Source: a virus. Taken from it: a stretch of 64,000 nt of DNA. Where the stretch lies: positions 18,625 through 82,624 of the IMG/VR virus record IMGVR_UViG_3300043446_004155; one strand, written 5' to 3'. Below the pieces are notes generated by a model, which saw only the letters and a list, made by a program, of their open reading frames with translations, did not search any database and had not been told where the DNA came from. Both the position numbers and the translations under genes were made by a program. Of this stretch, positions 26,406 to 35,860 are shown piece by piece; the first letter of the stretch is position 1; each line of letters opens with the position of its first letter.

Positions 26406-27089
26406 CTACTCGTTCGGTATTTCTATATTTTCTGGAAACGTAATGGTATTACGAAACGCTTTATTGAACACCAGGGGTTGATCTTTGTTCTTGCCGTAAG
26501 CCATCAGCTTTTCCGCTTTGAACTCAATTTCAAATGGTTGGATGTCTTCTGGATAAAAGAGTTTGTTCCAACTTGAAATCAAGTGCAGTGGGTTGCCACA
26601 TCTTGGGTTCCCGCATAGGTGTGTGACGACCATATTCCCGATGTCGCCCCAGGCACAGTTGTAAATAGCTTTATGAAAACTTAAGTTTTCAGCCTTTTGG
26701 TGGCTGTAGGCCGACCGATAGGACGGCATACAAATACGCTTGGGTGTGTACGGGCCAGGTGATTCGATTGTCCAGCACTCATCCGCAGATCCTCTGGTGA
26801 CCTTTTGCCACAACTTTTGGTATCTGGCTTTGTACTCAACATTGAGGTAGTTAATGTCAAAACCACAGAGGTTTGATTGGATCTTGTGAACGCAGTGGTA
26901 GCACCAGTGGCGTTCCTTATCCCGTATGTAGTGGTTGTGTGGACAAACAAAACCCCGGTAGTAGCCCTTGACATCAAGCTCTTCATCGGAGAGATCGTCG
27001 ATACCAACAACAAAACGAAAGTCCGTTGCTTTGGATGCCCTGCGTTCAGAACGATGGAGGTTTGCCATTTTAGAAAAGGGCAGGTGCAC
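26406..27089 (-). CDS. His-Me finger (HNH-like) endonuclease
   Basis: ECW...VTHLCGNPRCGNPLHL. Confidence 0.65.
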   Translation of the reverse strand: MHLPFSKMANLHRSERRASKATDFRFVVGIDDLSDEELDVKGYYRGFVCPHNHYIRDKERHWCYHCVHKIQSNLCGFDINYLNVEYKARYQKLWQKVTRGSADECWTIESPGPYTPKRICMPSYRSAYSHQKAENLSFHKAIYNCAWGDIGNMVVTHLCGNPRCGNPLHLISSWNKLFYPEDIQPFEIEFKAEKLMAYGKNKDQPLVFNKAFRNTITFPENIEIPNE

Positions 27090-27453
27090 TAGGAATCATT
27101 CGCTCTCCCCTGGGCTTCACAACGTTTGCGTGACGTTTTTTGTTGAATTTTTGAGTTGGAATTAATTGTTTTCTGTTGTCTTTGTCAAAGTTCTTGTATT
27201 CATGCATGATATCTAGCTCAATGGGATCCTCTTGCGTACGCAGGAAATAAACGAGTCGGTGCGCCAGATAGACCGTGTTGTCGATGCAGACCATATAAAA
27301 GCCTGTCACCTTGTTCATGCGTCCAGCTTGAGTCCCAGCCTTATTACAAGCCTTGTCGACCACCCACTCCAAACCACTGGGGTACCGATCCGAAAGTTTG
27401 ATCAGTTCTTGGACGCGCCAGAGGGGCGGCATGGGCTTGCGGTTACGAGACAC
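27070..27453 (-). CDS. HNH-like endonuclease, probably degenerate
   Basis: YLAHRLVYFL...IMH....DKDNR. Confidence 0.55.
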   Translation of the reverse strand: MSRNRKPMPPLWRVQELIKLSDRYPSGLEWVVDKACNKAGTQAGRMNKVTGFYMVCIDNTVYLAHRLVYFLRTQEDPIELDIMHEYKNFDKDNRKQLIPTQKFNKKRHANVVKPRGERMIPSAPALF

Positions 27454-27506
27454 GGCCTGTGAGTTGAGTGTTCCGAGATTTTACGGCGAACCAGCCACGG
27501 TGTCTA

Positions 27507-27696
27507 GTGCAGCAAAAAACTAAGAATCAAATAGGATTATTCTATATATAACTTAAATGACGCCGCTTGACCAAAGTGTATGTACTTTATTTCTCTTCAC
27601 CCTCTTTTGCACCTTCTGAAACTTACAGTATTTTCCTAAAGTGTCATTTGTCTATAGGGGGGATATAGCGGGGTCTGATTCTTAGTTCTTATGCAC
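27507..27696. repeat. Non-coding dyad-symmetric locus (candidate origin)
   Basis: AACTAAGAATCA 27518-29 / TGATTCTTAGTT 27676-87; AAATGAC / GTCATTT; GTGCA / TGCAC; all centred near 27602. Confidence 0.65.
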
Positions 27697-27783
27697 CGCA
27701 CCTAAGTCTCAACCTAAGACTCGTTATCCATAAAAAAGGAGCCCCTGGCGGGACCCCTCCTTCGCGACCTCGGAACTTTAGGG

Positions 27784-28125
27784 CTACTTCCGCCCGTAGT
27801 CGTCTTCCAGGCGAGTGATGTCCCCCTCATACAGGAGGTTACCCCTCTGGACCTCGATTAACCTGAGCTCGCAATCCCCTGCTTCCAAGCGGTGCCACTG
27901 GTCTTTGGGGATTGTGACGGTGACACCAGGGGCGGCGGGGATCGTCTCCTCACCAACGGTGATGGTCCCGGAACCACCAACAACCACCCAGTGCTCATCT
28001 CGATACTCATGCTTTTGCAGACTGAGACGCTGCTTGGCATGAACAACGATCACCTTCACCTGGTACTGAGGACCCGTGAGTATGCTCTCAAACCATCCCC
28101 AGGGTCTGGTCTCCGAATAGGTCAT
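27784..28125 (-). CDS. Cupin, mannose-6-phosphate isomerase type II C-terminal domain
   Basis: RPWG, RLSLQKH..RDEHWVVV, IEVQRG..L.E.DI.RLEDDYGR. Confidence 0.9.
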   Translation of the reverse strand: MTYSETRPWGWFESILTGPQYQVKVIVVHAKQRLSLQKHEYRDEHWVVVGGSGTITVGEETIPAAPGVTVTIPKDQWHRLEAGDCELRLIEVQRGNLLYEGDITRLEDDYGRK

Positions 28126-29393
28126 GCCGTGACCTCTGCCAGTTCCTTGGCCTTAGTAATGGCGGCCTTCTTCTTGCGCTTGCTGGTCTTAATTTGAGGC
28201 TCATCCACCTTGGTCAAAACTTCCTGGAACACATCGTTGAAGTCAGATGCGACCGTATCCCAGTTGAAGCAAGGATCCGTGACGCGGTCGTAGCACTTCT
28301 GCGCCACTTCATCAAGCATCTCACGGTTTTCGTAAAGATCTGTAAGGATGCTTGCCAGATGGTTGTCATCCGGGCATGGCATGATGCGACCAAAGTTGGT
28401 GTCCACATCTGCGTGGAGGTTGCGAATCAGAGGGCCGCAGCCGTCAAAGATTTCTTTACAGGAGGTGTGATCGGGTACCACCTGGGCCACACGGCAGGCA
28501 GCGTGTTCGAAGTTAACCAGACCCCAGCCTTCCCCTTTACAGGTGTTAACACCTACGTCAGCAACGTTGTAAATGGTGTTGAGTAGCTCCACATCCACGG
28601 AGGGACCATGGGGAGTGGGCGCTGTCATGATGATGCGACCGTTGGGATCCAGACCTTGACGGGTCATTTCCCGGTGGAAGAGGGGCATGATGTCCCAACC
28701 TTGGTCCTTTTGCCCCATGTGCAGGTAAAGCTTGGCGTCTGGCCTACCGACAGCAAATTTGGCAAAAGCGGAAATGGTGAGGTCAATCCGTTTGCGGAAC
28801 TGGTTTCGATTCCCGTTGAAAACAATGAAGTCGTTGGGGTCCAGGTTGAGTTTTTTCCGTGCCTCTACCTTGTCAATGGGATAGAACTGACCAGCAGTCA
28901 CACCGTGAGGCACCACCCAAATCGGCTTTTCAACCCCAGCCTTAATCGTTTCTTCTGCACCGAATTTGGTGTAGCAGATCGCTGCATCCCACTCATTCAT
29001 GGTATCGGTCAAGCAGCCGTACCACCCATAGGAATCCATGGGGTAGTAACCCACAAACTTAAAACCGATCTGCTCCCTGAGATCTTTGATCTGACCCCAC
29101 TGGTTGTTGATGATCCAACAGTCGTTAATCGTGAAGATCACATCGGGACGAATGCGTTCAGTGATTTCACGAATCCGGGCCTCACCAAAAGGCTGGTTTT
29201 GGTACATGTTGGAGGCGGGGTACATGAAGTACTCCTTTTGCAGCGGCGTGTAATCACCGTGCCAGTTGCAACCCAGTACATGGATTTCGTACTGATCCTT
29301 CAGGCGGCTCAGCACGTTTTCAGTTACACGAGCAAAGCCAGTGGTTGCAACAATGTCACCAACCCACAGCAGTTTGGGTTTATTTTCAGCCAT
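28122..29393 (-). CDS. Glycosyltransferase family 4 (GT-B)
   Basis: TGFARV, NRNQFRKRID, GEGWGLVNFEHAAC. Confidence 0.9.
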   Translation of the reverse strand: MAENKPKLLWVGDIVATTGFARVTENVLSRLKDQYEIHVLGCNWHGDYTPLQKEYFMYPASNMYQNQPFGEARIREITERIRPDVIFTINDCWIINNQWGQIKDLREQIGFKFVGYYPMDSYGWYGCLTDTMNEWDAAICYTKFGAEETIKAGVEKPIWVVPHGVTAGQFYPIDKVEARKKLNLDPNDFIVFNGNRNQFRKRIDLTISAFAKFAVGRPDAKLYLHMGQKDQGWDIMPLFHREMTRQGLDPNGRIIMTAPTPHGPSVDVELLNTIYNVADVGVNTCKGEGWGLVNFEHAACRVAQVVPDHTSCKEIFDGCGPLIRNLHADVDTNFGRIMPCPDDNHLASILTDLYENREMLDEVAQKCYDRVTDPCFNWDTVASDFNDVFQEVLTKVDEPQIKTSKRKKKAAITKAKELAEVTA

Positions 29394-29426
29394 TTAATTA
29401 ATTATTGACTGAAAATAGTATACGAA

Positions 29427-29777
29427 TTATTGAGGAGTTATAGACCTTACCAGCTCTTTCTCCTCTGATTGTTTCGCTTTTAGTTTCGTCTTTAAGAATT
29501 CGGCTGCCTTGTGAGTATTGGTTGTATCACCACAGGTGTAGAGATCAATAGCCGCATAACCCAACTCCGGCCAGGAGTGGATGGATGCATGGGATTCGGC
29601 CAACAATGCCAGAAGTGTTACCCCTTGCGGCTGAAATTTCTCACCAAAAACACGCAGGATTTTGGCACCCGCCATGTTGAGGGCTACCTGGAGTAGCCGC
29701 TCAAGCTCATCGTAATCATCGAGGAGTTCTTGATCACAGTCATAAAGATCAAGAATCAGGTGCCGCCCGTTGCTCAC
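29427..29777 (-). CDS. speD: S-adenosylmethionine decarboxylase proenzyme (pyruvoyl)
   Basis: GRHLILDLY, FQPQGVT, LAESHASIHSWPE, DLYTCG. Confidence 0.92.
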   Translation of the reverse strand: MSNGRHLILDLYDCDQELLDDYDELERLLQVALNMAGAKILRVFGEKFQPQGVTLLALLAESHASIHSWPELGYAAIDLYTCGDTTNTHKAAEFLKTKLKAKQSEEKELVRSITPQ

Positions 29778-32401
29778 AGTTCGTTTGCTACCTCTTCCAT
29801 TGTCGCACTAGATGCTTTATCTATCACGTCACCATAGAACGTACGCCATTCTTCCTTATTAAGACCCACTTCTACAAGGGATGGATATTGTTCGTACTTC
29901 GGACTGGACGCCCGCAGTGCGATGTTGACTACCCGCATGCCGCGACTGTTCTTGAATTGATAGACATTTAGCTTCAGCTGGTGAACACATACGTCCATCA
30001 ACAGGGATTCAAAACGGCTACGGCCCAGGATGTTGCTGTTGGAACCACGAGAGAACTCACAGTAGCTGGCATACAACCACTTGTCCCAGTTGATGTACAG
30101 GTTTGAGACACCACCAGGTGCGTGCTTAGCCAGACCCACCGGAGACGAAATACCTGGATCAAAGACCACACAGTGCTGCATCCAATCCAAGATCTGGTTG
30201 GATTTCAGGATCTGCTCTTTGTGATGCTTGGCAAAGAAGTCAACTTTTTCGTTGGTCTCCATCAGATATTCCCGCATCTCAGCTTCCGTCATATCAAGAA
30301 CCCAATTCACAAGTCCTGGAAGCAAAGCAGCAAATTCACCGAAGGGACGACCGTGATCATCCATATCGATGAGGGTACGTTGCTCGGCAGAGCTACCGGT
30401 GAAAGGCCGATCAAAAGGAATGGTGAGACGACGACGTGCCAAACCAGAAGTCGGATCAGTCGTTTGAATGGGTTCGTTGGCGGTGATCATGACCAGACCA
30501 TTGAACTTAAACGGCTTCTGGCTCCCAGCCTGGAACTTGCGCTCATTACGAATTAGGTCACGACCGGTGATTGCTTTCAATACGGATACCGAACCGCCGT
30601 AACGTTCCACATCATTGAAGAGCAGAAGTTTTTTCTTATAGAGGTTGGCAGTTTCAAATCGGTTCTTCTCTAGATGCTCCAGCGAAGAAATCATGGCATT
30701 GTCATCACCCACCAGTGCGTGAGCCAAGTTGCTGTAGGTGGACTTACCGGACTTACCAGGTCCAACAATCTCAACAAACTTCTGGATATCGGAGTGACTC
30801 AGTAGTACCGCCCGCAACCAAGCCCTCAACACCTGGACTCGACCCCAGCTGTCATTTTGTGTGGACTTCAGCCACTTAATGATGGGCTCACATGCGGCGT
30901 AGGGATCGTATTCGTATGGCAATTGTTGTGTGATGTAGAGCTCACGGTTGAACGGCATGAGTTCCCGCGTCTCAACATTCAAGATTCCATTAGTAAACAA
31001 CAGGTATTCATTCCCTTCATACCAATCGTCAAAAATAGTTGAAATCCTCAATTGCTCCATTAAGTCGGAGATGAGGTTCATGGAGTAACCGCTGTGCAGC
31101 AAACCATCCTTGATGGAATCCAACCGGCCTTTGATGTCGCCTTTGACTTCATATTCCGACAGTTGAGACCACAGCCCCTTCCGTTGATATTGATACATAA
31201 AGAATGCGCCATGCGATTGGCTGTAGCGCAGATTTCCCTGGTAATCCTGCAACAAGATTCCAGCGATCACATCAGAGGATGGATTACGTGTCTTTTGTTC
31301 TTTACCGTTGCGTCCCTTAGCCGCCTTTACTTTCCAGCCGCCTTGAATCACAGGTTTCTCTTCTGTCTCCACGGAATCTCCAGACGAGAGTCCCAAGTCT
31401 TCTTCCAGTTCTGTTAATAATTTTGCAACGTGATCAAGCATGGCATCATCTACATTCATTGACTTGTGATTTTGAGAGGGCTCCCAACCGTTCTCTTTGG
31501 CAACGTGCACGAGCGAACCAATGCCACGTCCACCACCTTTCGAGAAAGAACGCCAGCGCCTATGACATTCACCCTCTTGATACTTTTCTGATTGGCGAGA
31601 CCATTCATCCCAGTGATCAAGCAGGGATTCATCTAGTGAATGGAGCGATTGACCCACCATGATCCAGATGTCGTAATCATCTGTTGCTTCTGGCGGCATG
31701 CCCCACATGGCTTCCAGTGCCAACTGCATATCCCTTTCCAAGGAGACTTCAGCGTTGATGGCAAAGGATGGACCAATGATGCGAGTGGTCTCTTTGGCGG
31801 GAACACCCTGCTTGACATTCTTCTGGATAATGCAATTCAGCAGCCAATCCGGAAACTCAGGCAGCTCCTGGATCCACTCAAACCCTTGGTCAGAAGCGGT
31901 GAAATATCCTTCCGTCTCTGGATGCAGTCCCATCAGCACCCCTTGGTGCCGCTTCCAGAGAATTTCTAGTTTTTCCTTTTCCCCTTCCGCGTGCCAGGTG
32001 TATTTGTTGCGGACAAGATGCTTGTGTTGATCGCGGGAAAGGCGATACAGTTTCCGCTCCCGACCTTCTTTACCACTGAGGATTGTCAGGGTATTGGGCA
32101 GTGCCTCATTAAATGACAGTTCCGACAGTGACTCAATGAGTGCGTAGACGGTTGGACCGTCAACATCAACCCAGATCAAACCATAGGGATGGTTGTAGAC
32201 AGGACCACCAAGCAGACCAACTGCTTTGCAGCGGCCCAGCAACATTTCATTTTCTATCTCTTGCGGGCTGAATGGTTTGTTCTGCCACCCCGCGATGTAT
32301 GGGTCTTTGTTTGGACCCAATGGAGTCAGGGGCCAATCAATGGGGATGTAATCGAGCCGAATTTCACCGGGCTTGAGAGCTTGCTGGTTGGTATTGGTCA
32401 T
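29774..32401 (-). CDS. Primase-polymerase + PriCT-2 + D5-like SF3 helicase
   Basis: VDVDG; YDIWIMVGQSLH; Walker A GPGKSGKS; ARRRLTIPF. Confidence 0.9.
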   Translation of the reverse strand: MTNTNQQALKPGEIRLDYIPIDWPLTPLGPNKDPYIAGWQNKPFSPQEIENEMLLGRCKAVGLLGGPVYNHPYGLIWVDVDGPTVYALIESLSELSFNEALPNTLTILSGKEGRERKLYRLSRDQHKHLVRNKYTWHAEGEKEKLEILWKRHQGVLMGLHPETEGYFTASDQGFEWIQELPEFPDWLLNCIIQKNVKQGVPAKETTRIIGPSFAINAEVSLERDMQLALEAMWGMPPEATDDYDIWIMVGQSLHSLDESLLDHWDEWSRQSEKYQEGECHRRWRSFSKGGGRGIGSLVHVAKENGWEPSQNHKSMNVDDAMLDHVAKLLTELEEDLGLSSGDSVETEEKPVIQGGWKVKAAKGRNGKEQKTRNPSSDVIAGILLQDYQGNLRYSQSHGAFFMYQYQRKGLWSQLSEYEVKGDIKGRLDSIKDGLLHSGYSMNLISDLMEQLRISTIFDDWYEGNEYLLFTNGILNVETRELMPFNRELYITQQLPYEYDPYAACEPIIKWLKSTQNDSWGRVQVLRAWLRAVLLSHSDIQKFVEIVGPGKSGKSTYSNLAHALVGDDNAMISSLEHLEKNRFETANLYKKKLLLFNDVERYGGSVSVLKAITGRDLIRNERKFQAGSQKPFKFNGLVMITANEPIQTTDPTSGLARRRLTIPFDRPFTGSSAEQRTLIDMDDHGRPFGEFAALLPGLVNWVLDMTEAEMREYLMETNEKVDFFAKHHKEQILKSNQILDWMQHCVVFDPGISSPVGLAKHAPGGVSNLYINWDKWLYASYCEFSRGSNSNILGRSRFESLLMDVCVHQLKLNVYQFKNSRGMRVVNIALRASSPKYEQYPSLVEVGLNKEEWRTFYGDVIDKASSATMEEVANEL

Positions 32402-32583
32402 GCCTGGTTACTCGTTCGAACTTCTACTTTAAAGTTTTTATCTGCAAAACTTGCCTCTTTCAATAGCCAGAAGGCGTGAAGATGCATGTCAGTGGGCAGA
32501 TAAAAACAGTCCCCATCCGCCGCATTCATCATGCGACTCATGAGACTATTCATCCACTCACCCATACAGACGTTGATGTCCAA
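32398..32583 (-). CDS. Small hypothetical protein coupled to the primase
   Basis: ATGA overlap with the primase start. Confidence 0.55.
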   Translation of the reverse strand: MDINVCMGEWMNSLMSRMMNAADGDCFYLPTDMHLHAFWLLKEASFADKNFKVEVRTSNQA

Positions 32584-32584
32584 C

Positions 32585-33028
32585 TTAGGAAGCCTCCCGA
32601 AGGTATTGGATTGCCTGAGAAAGGAGGTTTATGTCATCCTTAAAGAATCCAATGCCTTTATTGCACCGAGTACACAAAAGGCCACGGACCCTCCCGGTTG
32701 CATGACAGTGATCGACAGAAAATCGTTTGACGTGCCCATAGGAAGGGTTTTCAGTCTTGCATATCGCGCATTTATTCTGTTGGTTTTTTACTTTCTCTTC
32801 ATATTCTGAAAGTGTAATTCCATACCTTTGTTTTAATTGAGTACTTGATTGTGTTTTTAAGTATTTTTCTCTATTTTTTTGCCTGTACAATGCTGATTCT
32901 TTTCGAGCACATTCTTTACATTGTGTTTTATATTTTTTGTTTCTTTTATGAAAACCGTATTTTTGAAGCTCTTTTGTTTGTTTACAGACGCGGCAGATTT
33001 GCCACAAACCGTTGAGGCCTGTGTCCAT
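32585..33028 (-). CDS. Endonuclease VII-domain (F-CphI-like) free-standing endonuclease
   Basis: YGIT...CAIC...VDHCHATGRVRGLLCTRCNKGIG. Confidence 0.88.
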   Translation of the reverse strand: MDTGLNGLWQICRVCKQTKELQKYGFHKRNKKYKTQCKECARKESALYRQKNREKYLKTQSSTQLKQRYGITLSEYEEKVKNQQNKCAICKTENPSYGHVKRFSVDHCHATGRVRGLLCTRCNKGIGFFKDDINLLSQAIQYLREAS

Positions 33029-33142
33029 GGTGAGGGCTTGACTTGTTTGTCTTCTTATCCTACGGCGACCAATCCAGACGATCCATTACGAGTTTCTAAA
33101 AATCAGTAAGTCTCATCAGACTCATCTAGAGGATCAATCTTT

Positions 33143-33499
33143 TCAAATTGTTTCATTAGTCTCTGATACACCAGCAGAGCATCCTCCTTTGTCACCACGG
33201 CAGTTTGGCAGGCCACATCCCAGGCATGCCGTTTTCGATTCTCCAGTTTGTTCATCTTTGTACCACGGTGCAGTCAGCTGCATTGCTCCACCCAGTTTTT
33301 GTGATTCACCTGTTTGGAGCACAGGATCAATCGGATGTTCTCTATAGATTGGTTTGTTTTGTTTTTCAAGCTCAATCTCAGCCTGGATCCGATTATCCAA
33401 CTCGATCATATCAAGCCTGGCTTTAAGTTTTGCCTCAAACCAAATACGTTTCCACCATTGAACAATGGCGTCAATCATGAGAAATAACAGTTGTTTCAC
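33143..33499 (-). CDS. Hypothetical protein
   Basis: 118-aa ORF. Confidence 0.5.
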   Translation of the reverse strand: MKQLLFLMIDAIVQWWKRIWFEAKLKARLDMIELDNRIQAEIELEKQNKPIYREHPIDPVLQTGESQKLGGAMQLTAPWYKDEQTGESKTACLGCGLPNCRGDKGGCSAGVSETNETI

Positions 33500-33554
33500 G
33501 GAATGACCCTAAGTATCTTTAATTTAAAATAAGAAAATAGAAAAGCATAGTCAC

Positions 33555-34235
33555 ATGGCTGCTCCACGCCCCACTCCTGGCCGCGACCATTTAAATCGTT
33601 TGCGCTCAAGCCGCGCACAACAAAGATCTGCATCACCAAGCAGCCCAGATCAAGGGGATACCACTTGGAATTCGTATGACTGGGGACAAGGATGGGCCAA
33701 ATCACCAGGTGGAGTAGGGCGTCAGCTTGGTTTATCGGGTCGTTCTTTAGGCGAATTTGCGCGTTTTGTTAATGCACAACAACGGCTTGCCAACGAACAG
33801 GAACATGGAGGCGATTGGGGATACAATCCTAAATACTCGGTTGAGAATATGCCGAGCTGGATTAAAGAGTTGTACGCATCTAAAGGCGCCTCTGGAGTTG
33901 ATCAGGCTACTGGGACTAGTGGTACCGGCCAACGTGTAACAGGAGGCGGCTCCTCCAGTCAAGGAGCAAGCGGTTTAAGCTATGACCCTGCAGCAAAACC
34001 AGATTGGGAGCAACGTTACACGGGCGGTTATACAAATGTACTTCCATATGTCCGCAACACTTTGGGTTTAAAGGGCCGCGATCTTGGTAGGGTGATGCGT
34101 GCGTACAACCAACAATATCGCCGCAACCCAACCGAAAAATTTATTAATAACGATTTATTACAGAGCATGGGACTTTACAACCCCTATGCCCCAAACAACC
34201 CAGGCGGAATGCAACGAGGCTCAGGTCACTGGTAA
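33555..34235 (+). CDS. Gly-rich hypothetical protein with internal repeat
   Basis: LGLSGRSLG / LGLKGRDLG. Confidence 0.55.
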   Translation: MAAPRPTPGRDHLNRLRSSRAQQRSASPSSPDQGDTTWNSYDWGQGWAKSPGGVGRQLGLSGRSLGEFARFVNAQQRLANEQEHGGDWGYNPKYSVENMPSWIKELYASKGASGVDQATGTSGTGQRVTGGGSSSQGASGLSYDPAAKPDWEQRYTGGYTNVLPYVRNTLGLKGRDLGRVMRAYNQQYRRNPTEKFINNDLLQSMGLYNPYAPNNPGGMQRGSGHW

Positions 34236-34266
34236 CAACACAGACAATTTTTTTTGAGGTTTAAAC

Positions 34267-34587
34267 ATGGCCACCCCAACACCCGCTCCATCGTTGAGTT
34301 CCTATCAGAGTTTACTTAATAAATTAAAGGCATCCAGAGCACAAACGTCGACAGGATCTACGACAACTTCTACGCCAGCCCCTACCGGCGGAAGTTTTAT
34401 TGGTGGAAATTTTGCCAATGCATCCACTAGTCCAACTTCTGGGCTGCCCAAGAAACCAACACCTTCTCCTACGCCAAATCCATCATTTCCTTCTACGGGC
34501 GGTGGTTTTATTGGCGGTAATTTTGCTACTGCATCCACTCGTCCAATTAGCGGATTACCTCGCAAGCCATCACCTTTTCCCCGTTAA
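34267..34587 (+). CDS. Pro/Ser/Thr-rich protein with two FIGGNFA repeats
   Basis: Internal duplication in protein and DNA. Confidence 0.5.
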   Translation: MATPTPAPSLSSYQSLLNKLKASRAQTSTGSTTTSTPAPTGGSFIGGNFANASTSPTSGLPKKPTPSPTPNPSFPSTGGGFIGGNFATASTRPISGLPRKPSPFPR

Positions 34588-34588
34588 T

Positions 34589-35443
34589 TTAAATTAAGTC
34601 AGGATCGTAAACATTACAGTTCTCAATTTGGGAATAGTATTCGGCTACGATCTTGCACCAATCTTCCCTTAACGAATCCAGGAATCGCCTGGAGATCTTA
34701 AAGACTTGAGTACGAACAGGCGTCGATACCAAGATGGCCGCCTGTTGTACTTTCATTCCAAGGGTCTGCTCGATAGCAATATCATACGCAGCAAGTTGCT
34801 TGCAAGTCTTTTTGAATTTCATGTGACCGCCTAAAAGATCACGCCATTCAGGCGAACCTTTCTCCAGGTCTTTGGGCCACTTGCGGCTATATGGTTTAAC
34901 GCTGGTTTTTAAGTCAGCCAGCGTTAGTTTGTTATTGGCAACAGCAATAATATCAGGAGCACCAGCCCAAGCACGGCCTTCGTCATCACAACCCCAGACG
35001 CGAGCAACGTCATCAGCACCAATAGTAAAATCAAATTTATCCAGAACAGGGGACTCTGCCCAGAGAACTTCCTGGAATTGATCCAGGATTTTTGGCATTC
35101 CCGCCCAAAAGTCCGCATATTCTTCTTTGATCTCTGGATTTTTATTCCCCTTTAGATACTGTTCCATTCCATAGTGGATAGCAGTACCACGTTCCGCTGC
35201 GGCTTCTTTAACGCCTGGATTTGCCTTTGACCACATTTCAAGCTTCCGTTTGTTTGCTTCGGAAGCTGTTTCGCTGATGATTGTGGTTACGGACGGCGCA
35301 GGTCCAGTGGGTAACGGAGTTGTATAGTGACGTTTTCCGTTAAGTGTTATCCTGGCTGCGGTCCGATTAATTGACCGCATAACTTCTGGTTGCTCATCCT
35401 TGGCTTTAATCCAAGGATCCTCGTTATTTAGTTTAGCAACCAT
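34589..35443 (-). CDS. PD-(D/E)xK exonuclease
   Basis: PSVTTII, ERGTAIH, GAPDII, DLKTS, QLAAY. Confidence 0.85.
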   Translation of the reverse strand: MVAKLNNEDPWIKAKDEQPEVMRSINRTAARITLNGKRHYTTPLPTGPAPSVTTIISETASEANKRKLEMWSKANPGVKEAAAERGTAIHYGMEQYLKGNKNPEIKEEYADFWAGMPKILDQFQEVLWAESPVLDKFDFTIGADDVARVWGCDDEGRAWAGAPDIIAVANNKLTLADLKTSVKPYSRKWPKDLEKGSPEWRDLLGGHMKFKKTCKQLAAYDIAIEQTLGMKVQQAAILVSTPVRTQVFKISRRFLDSLREDWCKIVAEYYSQIENCNVYDPDLI

Positions 35444-35491
35444 TAACAGGTTTTGTATATTGTCTATAATTTAGCAGGTTAAAAACTAAGA

Positions 35492-35581
35492 ATGATTGAA
35501 TTTGGGCGCATTGTTCTGACAATTCTGTCGGCTATGCTAATCACAGCACTGATTGAGCTAGTCCCACATTGGATCCGTTAA
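35492..35581 (+). CDS. 29-aa single-pass membrane peptide
   Basis: MIEFGRIVLTILSAMLITALIELVPHWIR after a TATAAT box. Confidence 0.4.
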   Translation: MIEFGRIVLTILSAMLITALIELVPHWIR

Positions 35582-35860
35582 CCAAAACACGGCTTTTCAT
35601 CCAAGGTTGGTGGTCCTGCATGAGTGTATTGATGCAAATCTTGTGGAATTGCATTAAGGTGAACTGGGTTTGGGTCCTGGCATGGTGTGCAACATTAGCC
35701 GTTTTTATTACTGTGATCCTGACATTGACGTAAAAACGTTCATCCGCCTGGAAGAACACAGCAGAAACGGTGTCGCTTTTGACGATATCGAGACGCTAGA
35801 AGCGGATGAGTTTGAGGCAAAGCTCCTGGAAGAGCAGGAGCCTTACCTGCGTGTTGATCT

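Noticed and set aside
34589-35443. Cas4 assignment for the exonuclease
   Set aside because: Lacks the four-Cys Fe-S ligands; generic PD-(D/E)xK exonuclease
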